Source: Catajapyx aquilonaris
Taxonomy: Eukaryota
DNA length: 34,367 nt
Assembly (NCBI GenBank): GCA_000934665.2
Contig: KZ538230.1
Location: forward strand, 62,001-96,367
Direction: 5' to 3'
In this document: positions 14,301-25,079 of the stretch, one piece after another
How positions within the stretch are numbered: position 1 is the stretch's first letter
Layout of the letters: every line of letters begins with the position of its first letter
Made by a program: the position numbers and the translations under genes
Notes under the pieces: model-generated
Told to the model about the DNA's origin: nothing
Databases searched by the model: none
Seen by the model: the letters and a program-made list of their open reading frames with translations, nothing else

Positions 14301-17300
14301 ACATCTCATGAAAGTGATATTATATAATAGCTACTTTAACTTAAGAGTGCCAACTTAGCACTATATTACCACACAAATGGTGGCCAGCCAGCTTAAACAA
14401 GGGTGACCAGATTTTAGAATACACATGTGGTGGTTACACGAGGATTCTGGTGTAAGGCAGGGTATGCCATAGGGGCCGTCCAGACGGGCCAACCTTAGCC
14501 GCGGCTGGCCGCGGCCCTGGCGTCGGCCCCGGCTTGCGGAGCCACGGCTGGCCACGGTACCCGTTCAGACGGGCACATATTTTAATAACAGCCACCCGCA
14601 TTTGTAATAGTGGCCGGTAGTCATGGCAGCGACAAAAAACAAGTGACGCGCAGTATTCGTCGCCGAGGCCAAGCCGTGGCCAAGCAGCGAGCCAACTTCC
14701 AGGAAGTCGGCCAACTTGGCCAACTTCTGAGCCGTGGCCTGGCCGTGGCCGTTGCCGTGTGAACCGTCGCGGCCTCGACCAGCCGCGGCTAAGGTTGGCC
14801 CGTCTGGACGGCCCCATAAAGAGCATGGTTTTGTCCCTATTTTATTTATTTAAAAAATACATCACATAAAAACTATAATTTCTTCCAGGAGGAAAAGTGG
14901 GGGTGCATAAAGCCCCACTTTTCCCATCAGAGAGTGGCCATTTGTGAGGGCTACATGCTCCTATAAATACATTCAGAACGTTTGTGTTAGAATGCTACCT
15001 CCCCCTCCTGCTCTGTTATGAGCAAGGTTGAATTATTAACAAGCATGAGCTCACATTTCTATTTCACTTTTAACAGGTGATTCATTTTGTCCATCCACAC
15101 AAAAGCATCTGCAGATATTCAAAAGTAGTTACAGTTAAAATTTTTAATTATTTTCAAGGAAAGTGGAAAATCACATAAATCATCCCACTTTACCCTGGCT
15201 GGCTGGCTCCCTCAGGGTGTATCGATCCCCTGGTTGACCTCATTTTATTCTGACAGGCTGCCATTTGCAGGGTGATATGGTATTTTAAAAATCCATGCCG
15301 GTTCAAGGGTAAACATAAAGTATGGCTACCTGCAGGATGCTGCTCTGCAATCTCCTCCTCTTTGTGGGGACTTCCAGGGCTTTCTCCTCTTCAATAATGT
15401 TGACATTCTCCTTATCTTCTTCAGATACAAACCCAGTAGGATTTCGTCCAAACATGGCATAGAAAGGTGAGCATCCATCTTGGTTGTCTTCCTCCACATC
15501 TTCATCACAGGTGAAGGGAGAGGCTCTGAGATGGAATAGAAATCTATCCAGCTCTACATCCCATCCTAATGGATCTGACTGAACATGTCGATCCAGGAGC
15601 TCCCCAGCCCAGCTGCACTGAAGTGAACTTTCCTGGAGGGTAAACACGAAGCACTGCTGAGATGTTGGATCTTCAAATGGATGGCCTAGGATTCTAGAAG
15701 AGAAAATCAGCTTTCATTAGACATTTCTCTACACTGTGTCATATTATCAATTTTTTCACTTAAAATTGATCTGCATCACCTATGCAATATTTTTGCAAAA
15801 AAAATATACATTTCACTGATTTGCTTGGCTAAACTAAATGATAGGTTTGATACATGGGTGATTGCACACTCCCATTGGCTGTTGGGTTGCCACTGATTGC
15901 TTCCTACTGAGCAGTGACCAGCTTCACAGAAAATTTCGATTCATTCAGGGGGGTGGGAGGAGAGAACCCCCCCTCCTCCCCTCCCACTCGGTCACTCGTG
16001 TGGCTGACTGGCCATTTTTGTGTCATTGTGATCTCCTTGTGGGAGGGACCTGTCAATGGACAAAGTATTATTTGCCCACTCCTCTGACACAACCATGAGA
16101 AGAAAATGCTGCACAGAGGATTGCTTCCTGGCAGATACACTTTCCTGCTGTTACATGACAAGAGGAAATGGCATAAAGGAAGGACAATATTCAAGTTCAT
16201 TATCTTTGCCAGATTCCAAGTTTCCCAGACCCTTCCCTTTGACTCACAACCAAACTAACTCTTCTTACCCTCCTAAATTTTGAAAATGTTTGGATTTTCT
16301 AATTCTGCTTGACCTATAGTGTTGTGCAAACATCACCTCTGCTGCTAATTTTCATGTTAGCAGGGTCAAAATACACGCCAAAAGACCGAAATTCCGAAGC
16401 CACAACACCTGCATCCGGTTTTAATATTAAAACACGTAAGTGTTTTAAAAACACTTCATGGTGAAATTTCCTATAAATTTATTGCAAGTAAAAATAACTG
16501 CGGCCACCGCACACCCCCAGATAGAAGGAGGATTAGATAGAAGGAGCTTTGCCTTCCTCAGATGAACATAATTTAAGTATTTTTTGTATCCCCACATATA
16601 ATGTAAAAGGAAGAGGCAGTTAATAAATTAATCAAGTCATTTAAACCTATGATGCAGTGAACCCTGCCGACTTTCCCAGTGATTTATTTCCTGGGTTGGG
16701 ATACCTTTTCAACCCCCAGTGCAGTGTGACTCCTTATTCAGCACTATCACCTCCTGTTACACACAATTAAATTCACTAGTTTACAGTGAGCTTATTACCT
16801 GAATGAGTCCTGCATCCTGTCCAGCCTCTCCCTGTACCTGGCTTGCATGGCCTCAAACATCTCGGCAGTGAAACCAACCACAGAACACTGTGCAAACCCC
16901 AGGCGGCAGAAGCAGTCAAAAAGAAACCCAGCAGCTAGGCTAGCTTGGTCTCCACCTGATGGAACTGGCTGGGCCTCCACCCAACGAGAAAAAGGATCCA
17001 CCACTGTCATCAGGTACTCATGCTGATATGCTGTCTTTGGATATGGACCATACAGCTTCAGCTCCACCTTTTTCCACACACGAGTGGCACGATCTGTTGG
17101 GAGGTGCTTTTTTGACACAGCTGTCCTAGGCTCAGCCAGGTTGGATGCAGCCCCAAGAGCATAAGGAGAGTGCTGCCTGGGAGTATCTAAGTCATCCTCT
17201 ATGCAGCGACTGCATCGTCGAACATAGTTGGCAACATCCACATACATGCCCCGCCAGTAATACAGTTCTTGGATAGCAGAGTGCATCTTTTTCACACCAC

Positions 17301-19911
17301 GATGAACACCTGAAAATATACAACATTTAGCAAAATGCATGTTAAATTCAAGCAACAACGCTTCAACTGATCCAAAGCTTGAGAAAGTTTTGCAGTGTAT
17401 AAGTATGGGATGTCCCAAGCCCAAAAATAAACTTGTCAAGAAATATTGACTGGTAGAGCTGTTAGTGTGACAGAGTTTGCCTGTCTATTTGAGACACTGG
17501 CAATAGAAAAATCCGGCCTTGGCAAGATGATCCACAGTCAAAAACAGTATTTACATTCCACTCATGCAGTGATACAGACATTATTTAACTATGACTTACT
17601 TCTTACTCAATTTCATGCAGCAAACGGAAGGGGAGAATCAAAATTTGCACCTACATTTACTTGCTTTCCATATACACATAGCATAAAAGAAGTCTGTAAT
17701 TTCCAATGCTTAAATTTTAATCACAATTATCGAATTGTGCTCAGTTATTTCACAAATTTTAACCTATTTCACATGCATGATGGTTTTTAAATGCTTCGTA
17801 TCATGAGTAACCCATTTAAATGCAACTACAGGCATCCTAATATCCAAAATGTTATGTTGTACAAAACTACACAGACATGTGCAAGCAAACAAGTAAGTAA
17901 ATGTAGGCTACATTAATAATACAGTGTATGTGCAGATCACAAAATCAATGGATCAATGTCCAAATGAAGAATGCATGGACAAAATTCATGCTGGTAGTAT
18001 GGATAGAAAAATTTGCATACCAGTTCCCTCTGCAACATGCATTCCATCCAGAATCTCCTTCTGTTGTTGCCGACCAATCACTACCTTTTTTGGGTGCTTA
18101 TGTCCGTAGTACAGCTCACCACTGATCAACTACAAATATCAATACCGGTGATTGGTAAATGTTAAAAATTTATAACATGAGGCATATAAATAGGAATCAA
18201 TAGCAATTTATATTTCTGTTTCACTGCAATTTGTGTCAGAGCAGTCAAAAATACTGCACTGGCATTATCCGCACACATGCAAGAGCAGATTAAGGTATTC
18301 TACAAAGTACTGTGCTCAAAAAGTAATTAATAGTGCCATTTTCACAGCAAATCGGTTCATCACAAAACTAAAATTGCTAGGAATGCAATATACTGTATAT
18401 TGTCTGACCAGAAGCTAAAGAGAGTTGGTGGGTTTTCCCCATCAACCCAAAATCTCCCACGCCAACCCACCCCCTCGAAAATGCCCCAATTCCCAACAAT
18501 ATTAATCCGCAAAAGGGTTCGGAAAGATCAGTTTAAAAGGAGACGTTGCCATAATTGTGGATCTGTGGTTATTATACATATAAGAAATTGTAATAAGGCA
18601 CCTTGATGGGCAACATCGTATTCCGGTCTGACCTTTCCGAACCCTTTTGCAGATTAAGATTGTCAGGAAGTGTGGCATTTTCGAGGGGGTGGGGTGGTGG
18701 TGGGGGATTTTGGGTTGATGGGAAAAACCCACCAACTCTCTTTAACTTCTGGTCAGACAATACTGCACTATTTCAGTTTCACCTTTCATTACGAAATATA
18801 ATAAATCGCATAATACAAGTATAACAGCCTCGACTATAACAGATTCCCAGTTATAGCAGACTTGAAAGGCTGGTCCCACCACACTTCCATATGTGGCCTG
18901 TATACTTGGCTGTAACAGACCTCAATTATAGCAGACAAATTTCCACAGACCTTTGAAGTTTGTTATATCCAAAGTCTACTGTACTTTACTTGATTATGCA
19001 ACAAAATACTGTAGCTAAAACTTGTACCAAACTGAATATTAAGGATTTCTGAACCACATTTATCAGTTACAAATGTTAAATTTTACTTGTACCAATGAAA
19101 ATCCCATACTGAACACTTTAGGATTAATAACACTTGCTGATAATATAGAGATAAATTAAATATTATTTAAAATGTATGCTTACAGAGTAATGCTGAGACT
19201 TCTTTTTAATAATTCGCTTGTAGTTTTCTGGTGTTCCCACTGGCAACCCTTGCTGACTTAAATACTGGATAATTTCAGTGAAGTATGCTACATCTGGATC
19301 AGCATCCACTTCTCCACCTCCAAGATTCCCACCTCCTCCCCCGATCTCAACATCTCTCTTGAAATCACCACCCCCTCCCCCATTTTGAATAGTTTGACCC
19401 AGTTGTGGATCCTCAATATGGACCACCACTCCAGATAATGAAGCCTGATGAGCCACCTGGTGAGCCACATGATGTTCAACATGATTCTCCAACTGGTGTT
19501 CAATTTGGTGGTCCAGTGGGTGATGTTCCAAATGATGTTCCAAGTGATGTTCCACATGATGGTCCACGTCCATGGACGGGACCATGTGAGGAGTGTGGTG
19601 ATCCACATATCCAAGTGATGATTGCAGAAGTGTCTTCTCAGTTACATCATCATCAGCAGAGAGACTCAAGACTCCTGGATGACCTAAATGAATTTTGTGT
19701 CTTACTCAAACAAACCTCAAAACATGAAAAAGATGGAGGTGGCTATTTCAGGTTTGGTTTTTAATTGTATGAGCAAAAGCAACTAAACCATGAGGTTTAA
19801 TGACTGAATTTCAGACTCTATAACTTTAGATGCTGCACTGTAGCAACCTGTTACAAATATCTCCCAGCCTTCCAAGGTATTCTCGATCTTTCTATCACTT
19901 GTTGCCGGCAT
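7797..19911 (-). CDS. Spliced gene (~1,246 aa): domesticated integrase (HHCC + degenerate core) - C2H2 finger - 4x pogo/Brinker-like HTH - CENP-B/Tc5-like HTH; probable DNA-binding protein
   Basis: Hand-assembled exons 19911-19848, 19683-19184, 18129-18021, 17309-16799, 15693-15330, 13766-13580, 12067-11722, 11630-10538, 8363-7797. All introns are GT-AG with matching phases; total 3,741 nt, divisible by 3. Domains run continuously across junctions (MHVAEGT/GVHRG; DEIG/RFAYQYG). The first coding exon is the least certain. Confidence 0.85.
8451..9411. mobile_element. Young foldback MITE with ~429-bp inverted arms, TTAA TSD (Kolobok-like termini)
   Basis: Arms 8451-8879 and 8983-9411 are near-perfect reverse complements. 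TTAA on both sides and a 5'-GA terminus rather than CCC. CpG-rich relative to the host intron. Confidence 0.85.
9529..10391 (+). mobile_element. Non-autonomous Helitron-like element
   Basis: 5' A|TCTACATCTATAC followed by (GTTT)n. 3' hairpin CCCGG-GCAATG-CCGGG (10365-10380) shortly before a degenerate GTAG|T end. No TSD. Confidence 0.6.
10538..11630 (-). CDS. Exon: HTH repeats 2-3 and Gln/Pro/Thr-rich low-complexity region
   Basis: Long ORF; FAYQYGVDAASKHFGAKLG...; TYSPQLKEEMGRHACQFGIPATIQHYTEKLQFVVKESTVRKFKKMY. Donor GAG|gtttga. Confidence 0.9.
11722..12067 (-). CDS. Exon: HTH repeat 1 and start of repeat 2
   Basis: KRGKYQKYTPEMRDEIAKYAIEHGNLEAMRHFTNRLGGQVSESTVRNFVKLY; followed by a 91-nt GT-AG intron (11721-11631). 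Confidence 0.9.
12419..13045. mobile_element. Foldback MITE with ~260-bp inverted arms (Kolobok-like AGG...CCT-TTAA)
   Basis: AGGACATGGGGCCAATCCTTATGTAAAAGTTG ... CAACTTTTACATAAGGATTGGCCCCATGTCCT. TTAA on the right; left TSD degenerate. Confidence 0.8.
13580..13766 (-). CDS. Exon: C2H2 zinc finger and basic NLS-like segment
   Basis: CRHCHETFTSKISFRIHQRKH, then KEKKVLKRLPRKKRRP. Acceptor atttcag, donor G|gttaga. Confidence 0.9.
14472..14815. mobile_element. PIF/Harbinger-like GC-rich MITE
   Basis: TIR GGGGCCGTCCAGACGGGCCAACCTTAGCCGCGGCTGG at both ends, 3-bp TSD ATA. Confidence 0.85.
15330..15693 (-). CDS. Exon: C-terminal part of integrase-like domain
   Basis: WDVELDRFLFHLRAS...GCSPFYAMFGRNP resembles the Gypsy integrase WD..L..VLFAYR...TG.SPF.L.FGR.P motif. 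Acceptor cttctag, donor CAG|gtagcc. Confidence 0.85.
16799..17309 (-). CDS. Exon: second half of HHCC domain and degenerate integrase core
   Basis: HRGVKKMHSAIQELYYWRGMYVDVANYVRRCSRC and WKKVELKLYGPYPKT..HEYLMTVVDPFSRWVEAQPV match Gypsy-type integrase motifs. Acceptor ttttcag, donor AG|gtaata. Confidence 0.9.
18021..18129 (-). CDS. Exon: first half of integrase HHCC zinc-binding domain (not in ORF track)
   Basis: tttgtag|LISGELYYGHKHPKKVVIGRQQQKEILDGMHVAEGT-G|gtatgc; phase 0 in, phase 1 out. Confidence 0.85.
18400..18760. mobile_element. Tc1/mariner-type MITE with long TIRs
   Basis: TA|TTGTCTGACCAGAAG ... CTTCTGGTCAGACAA|TA; about 130-bp imperfect inverted arms. Confidence 0.8.
18825..18981. 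mobile_element. Old pogo/Tigger-like MITE (same family as 31984-32508)
   Basis: Shares gttatagc..acttgaaag.ctggtcc...tggcctgtata.ttgg and the ACTG|TA end with the 32-kb copy. Confidence 0.6.
19184..19683 (-). CDS. Exon: His-rich tetrapeptide repeats, Gly-rich linker, start of integrase N-terminal region
   Basis: Acceptor catttag, donor TCT|gtaagc. Encodes ...VEHHLEHHLEHH...YFTEIIQYLSQQGLPVGTPENYKRIIKKKSQHYS. Confidence 0.85.
19848..19911 (-). CDS. Putative first coding exon of the integrase-HTH gene (MPATSDRKIENTLEGWEIFVT-G)
   Basis: Acceptor ccatag just upstream (exon from 19922), ATG at 19911, phase-1 donor CAG|gttgct that matches the phase of the next exon. The donor is weak. Confidence 0.5.
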
Positions 19912-20058
19912 CTTTTTCCTCTCTATGGTACATAATAATTCACACACGGAAATATCTGGGTTAGATCCCCACATACTTTGTGCATGTAAAATGCAAACAT
20001 CGTTAAACCTGTAAAATGTACTTTCATTAAAGTTGTCATCTTTTTAAGTATGCTAATG

Positions 20059-20389
20059 CAGTGGTTCCCAACCTTTCTTGAGTTGTGACCCTCTTTTATA
20101 ATAGCCAGGTAACCTGTGACACCCCCCCCCCCCCNCCCCCCCCCATTTTCGTAAAAAGACATTTTTATGGGGCAAAAAAAACGTTAAATATTTTCAAAAC
20201 ATAATTATTACCTAATATTTAATTAACCAAATATTCAGTGAAATGGTTGCACTTGCATCAGGCAAACAACTTCATAATTCATGGCTGAGTGTTTGTTAAT
20301 GTAAAGACAAAAGTGGTGACCCCCAGAAAACCCTTCACGACCCTTCACGACCAGCTTGGGGGTCACAATCCACAGGTTGGGAACCACTG
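20059..20389. mobile_element. hAT (Charlie-like) MITE
   Basis: TIRs CAGTGGTTCCCAACCT...AGGTTGGGAACCACTG; 8-bp TSD TGCTAATG/TGATAATG. Confidence 0.85.
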
Positions 20390-23300
20390 TGATAATGGGT
20401 GCAAAATTATAAGAAAAAGGAGTAGGAAAATAAGATGTGCACATATTTTGTCCTCCCTGCCTACATTTCCATGTATGTAATTTTGTCAAACTGCTATTAT
20501 AGTTGTAGAAAAAAGGCCCGGCTGAAATTTGAACATCCTGACAAAGGTCAATGTTGTGACCTTGACTTATCAACAAACATTAAAATCACTAGCCCTGCTG
20601 CCAGATTCACTCTATAATCTACTCCCATTTTTGTCCTTCTCTTGTTAACGCTTCAGGTGACAATATTCATAATGGCAGTGCAAGTGCAATTACTAGATCT
20701 AACTCTGATGCAAGGCATTGGTGATAATCACCATTAAAATTTTAAGGACAATGACATTTAATTAATTAAAAAGCAGCCCTTGTAATAAAACTTCGAAACA
20801 ACAGGTTATATTCATAAAATAAGCATTCGGAAATGGCAAGTTATTCATGATGGCAACTACACAAAACATATCTAGGGTTAAATAACTTTTACACAAATTC
20901 CTCATGCAGGTTATCCTGGGCATGCTACATTTACTCTCAGGAAGAGATTAAGCGTTTAAAAATGCAATAACATGAATAACATGACTGTATGAGCCTTGCA
21001 TTCAGTGTGTTGCTCAAAAAGATGGAGAAGTCTTCGCATTTGGTTTCAATTCAAAGTTGTCTCGATCTTAAAATGAAACTGAAGTTCTGGACGGTTCCTA
21101 GTGCCTTCATCTTACTCCCAATTATACGGGTGCAGATTATTATCCATGTTGCAGATTATCCATGCATTGCCAAAACAAAAGAAAATATATTACAGTCCAA
21201 AAAATGCCACTGTCTCGCATACAAAGTAATTGACACTTTTTCCCGAAGACACTAAAAATGTATGGTAAGTTTCATTATTTTGATAAAACCTTATTTAAAG
21301 CAGTGCACAATATTTAATTAAAAACCTCTGAATGGCTCATTTTCATGGTATCATGAACCATTTTCACACTGCTAGTGTTTTTCAATTATCAGGGCACACC
21401 CATGCATTCATTAGCCCAGATAATCAGGAGTGCAGTGTATTAGGAACTAATTTCATTTAAAATTACTCAGGCACACAGACAAACCTATCCTGGAACAGAT
21501 CCTACAAAAGTGACAGTGTCTGCAAACAAAACCTTGTCATGCATGCCAAATATTTAGTTAACAGTGCTTACACATGCAAATGGAGGGTCTGCAGATGTGA
21601 ATTGAAAATACTGCAGATACATAAAATGAAAAATGGTTTACATTTGAATATTTTGTTTTGAAAATCATCCAGCACTTACTGCAGTGTGTTCATACAATAT
21701 GTCAGACCTGGACCTTAAAATCAGTTTCTAATATATAAATAATTAAGTACCGGTATAGCTTAATAGCCCTTTCCTAATTACTGTACTGGAAACCAAGTTA
21801 CTAACAAGTCCAAAGTAGTTTTTGCAGATGGCACTGTATAACCTCACTTACTTGGGCCATGAACTTAATTAAAAGGAACCTTGATTTCATAAGCCGAAAA
21901 AATGGACTAATATAAATGTTGCTTCAAAATTCAGCCTCAAATAATAATTTCTACTTTATGTTACCACTGCAGATTACATAAAAATTATGTAATGCTTTTA
22001 TCAAGGAGTAAGTCACTTAGGAAGTCCATAAAAAGGACGGCCAGACTTCCATAAATCCTATGTACGCCAAGTGAGTTACCTCCATCCTATCCCCAACTTC
22101 TGTCCCAATGCAAAATAATACACATAATAAAAATTATGCAGATTATGCATCTTCCACCCACTCGAGCATGCCACCGGAAAGTGATTGCTAAGTCACTGCT
22201 ACCCACTATGCCAGTTATTAAAAGCAATCTGATTTGTCAGTAACAAAGTCAGATAAAGGGATAATAATTACAACAATGAATGACCATGGATGCACACTGA
22301 TCACATGGCATAAAATATAATTGTTGTATTATCAGTACTAAAATGAGGGTTCTTGGCTATTTTCTTTGCATCAGATCAAGTATCAATACTTGTGAAAACC
22401 ATGTTCAATAATCACACTCTTTAACGTAGCAGGACACATGCATTCACGGCAGCACATAAAATAAAATTTGGTGCAGGAGAAAAAAATAATATGTAAATAT
22501 GGCACAAAGGGAATAATTACCAAAGTCAAACCACATGTAATCGGGAATTTCCCACACATTCTGCATCTTGATGCCGACTAAGCACAACTGACCAACAGAA
22601 TGCGACTGATCCATTGGCATTTGTTGTATTGATTGTCAACTTCAAAAATAAATCCCACTCCCAAATACTACAAACAACATTTGCCTCAACGACATTGTTG
22701 ACTTGTCCACTTCTCCACATCAAGCCACTTTTTCATTTCAGTGTTTGTATAAGCAGATGGGTTATGCAGAAAGGAAACAACACAGCTCGCTTGTCAATCC
22801 CTCAGCTTCACATGCATAGACATGTTACTACATGCTATCTATCTCATCATTCCACCTACATTAGTTCAAAGGAGACAAGATAATAGGATGTGCACCTGTG
22901 TGTCTTGTGGAAGTTGTGACGCAGCTGTCCAGGGAAATTACAACAATGCTGGCTTGGTCTTGTATGTCCATTGTTTATTATAAAGGGAGGGGGATGATCT
23001 GAAATGAAAACAAAAAGCAGTGCACAGTGCAAAAATGTTGGAAAAAAATGCCTACACTACAAAAAATGTGATAAAATTCTACAGTGCCAATTACATCATT
23101 CTTAAGTGTCACCATTTCCAATTCTGACTAATTCAGGCACATGACCTCACTGATTTGAGGCAGTACCACATACAAGTTCATGTGAATGAAGCTGACAAAT
23201 CTTTGAGCAATGGGAGCCTCATACATATGCCTATTATTAAGTCATGGTTCCTTAGATTTGGTTTTCACAGGTTTCACTCTATAATTCACATTCCAAATCT

Positions 23301-23757
23301 CAAGTGAATTCTTTTACTCTCATGATCAGGAACTTGCAATAATCAAAAGCTGGGCATTCCTCGTTATGTTTAAGTGTCACCTGGGCCTATAAACAATTTA
23401 CACCATATACATTTTATGGGAAAGCGGAACAGCACAGTGGCTACATAAAGCAAAGTCCTGGGTTCGATTCCTAGTGATTTCCAGAAAGCTGGACTAAATC
23501 TGACATTTCTGCCAATCTGAATCTACTCCTGTGGACAAGCCCTTGTGCAGTTATAATGTCAATTCCCACTAATCAGATGCCTATGAACCTGTTATAGCAT
23601 ACAGGGTGGTCAGTAAATGGTGCAAAAGCTTCAGGTAGCAAGGTTCCTTGTGAAAAACCAGTATATGGAAGTGAAGGTCCTATTGCTCTACGATGCCTGG
23701 TTAGGGCTCACGAGGCCTCCAAAGTTTGGGTCAAATCATGACGTCGCATCCGCCAGC

Positions 23758-23988
23758 GAAATTCAAACACTACCGTATTGCGGTGCGTTGCCATGTTGAC
23801 ACCCACCACATTTTCACCAAACAATGGAACCGTATAAACTCGCCGGGACGTTGCCAGGCAAGTGGCGACAAAGGTATGGCAATGCCTGGCCAGCGAGTTT
23901 ATATGGTTCCATTGTTGGGTGGAAATGTGGGGGATGTCCACATGACAACACACCACAGACAGTAGCGATACGGGAGTGTTTGAATTTC
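23758..23988. repeat. Imperfect ~230-bp palindrome, probably a MITE core
   Basis: GAAATTCAAACACTACCGTAT ... ATACGGGAGTGTTTGAATTTC with inner AACAATGGAACCGTATAAACTCGC/GCGAGTTTATATGGTTCCATTGTT. Confidence 0.65.
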
Positions 23989-24155
23989 AATTTACCTTGT
24001 GCCACGGTGGGACCAATGCAGCAACAGAAACTGTTCCTATGTTTCAAAATAGCCAAAGATTGTCCCTTGCCGTCACCTATAAAACATTTGTTAGTGACAA
24101 CTTGGCTCAACAAAAATTATTGTGCGTTATTTATCGATTTGCCCTCGACTACTTA

Positions 24156-24677
24156 GGGCCAGTTGCACCGGCAATTCTTGTTATACCCGAGGTTCTAAGT
24201 TATACCAGGGAGCATATACTACATAAGAGGCGCAAACATTTCATTTTTACGTCTCTCTGTTTATAGGGCGTTGCCAAGGCTGGCGGCCACCTTGAAGTGT
24301 GTGGTGCGCCAACGAGGTATAAAAAGGGTACAGGCAGGCCGTCAAGGTCCGCGGGGGTCCGCCATCTTTGATGGTTTTGGCTGCCATGGCAATACACGGC
24401 AATAACAATTTACTTGCTCATTCCAATATCGAATTCAAATTCGCGCGTGTGCTTGGCGTGTAGTTGCCATGGCTGCCAAAATCATCAAAGATGGTGGACC
24501 CTATTTTTGCCTGTACCCTATTCATACCTCGTTGGCGCACCACACACTTCAAGATGGCCGCCAGCCTTGGCAACGCCCTATAAACAGAGAGACGCGAACA
24601 TCAAAGGCGCCGACAGAAGTTTGCGCCTCTTATGTAGTAATGCTCCCTGGTTATACTGAGGCCGGTGCAACTGGTCC
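24156..24677. mobile_element. Internally deleted Harbinger/Tourist-like MITE interrupted by a nested foldback
   Basis: TTA|GGGCCAGTTGCACCGGC ... GCCGGTGCAACTGGTCC|TTA; same family as 26191-26338. Confidence 0.85.
24206..24649. mobile_element. Nested foldback element with 7-bp TSD (P-superfamily/Galileo-like)
   Basis: GTTATAC|CAGGGAGCAT...ATGCTCCCTG|GTTATAC; imperfect inverted arms over almost the whole length. Confidence 0.75.
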
Positions 24678-24821
24678 TTAGTCAGATATTGAAGGGGTTA
24701 TACCAGGCCAAGTAGGCCCATACACCCTGTTAACCACAAAAACCCATAGTAAAAAAAATCGTAAAAGTGGAGAAAAGTAGATTTTGAAAATATGTTATTT
24801 ATTAATTTATATCAGCAAAGG

Positions 24822-25040
24822 GAGAGGCGAAGTGGCACAGCGGTAATGTTCGCGCCCACGGATGTTAAGGTCCCGAGTTCGATCCCAGCCCGGGGACACC
24901 CCCTTCATTCCCTGCAGAGTGTGGGTCGTCTCTGGCTTCGTTTCTGGGTGGAATATCCTACAGACAAATCCACCCGGGGGAGTTCCCAAAATGACCTCTT
25001 ACAGCATTGCACTGCACTTTGCACATCCCCTCCTGTCAAC
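24822..25040 (+). mobile_element. tRNA-derived SINE, 3'-truncated copy
   Basis: A-box-like GTGGCACAGCGGT and B box AGTTCGATCCC; colinear with 32092-32310. Confidence 0.8.
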
Positions 25041-25079
25041 AACAGAGCCACCTATTAACAACTAAAGTCAGCATGCTAG

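Noticed and set aside
14361..14826. Arg/Gly/Pro-rich ORFs
   Set aside because: Arise from the GC-rich Harbinger-like MITE.
16799..18129. Integrase as part of an LTR retrotransposon or active Ginger element
   Set aside because: No gag, protease, RT, RNase H, LTRs or enclosing TIRs. The domain is spliced in frame to host-like exons and lacks catalytic residues.
24822..24900. tRNA gene (also at 32092 and the B box at 23461-23471)
   Set aside because: The tRNA-like head continues into a shared non-tRNA body with a tail and TSD, so these are SINEs or SINE remnants.
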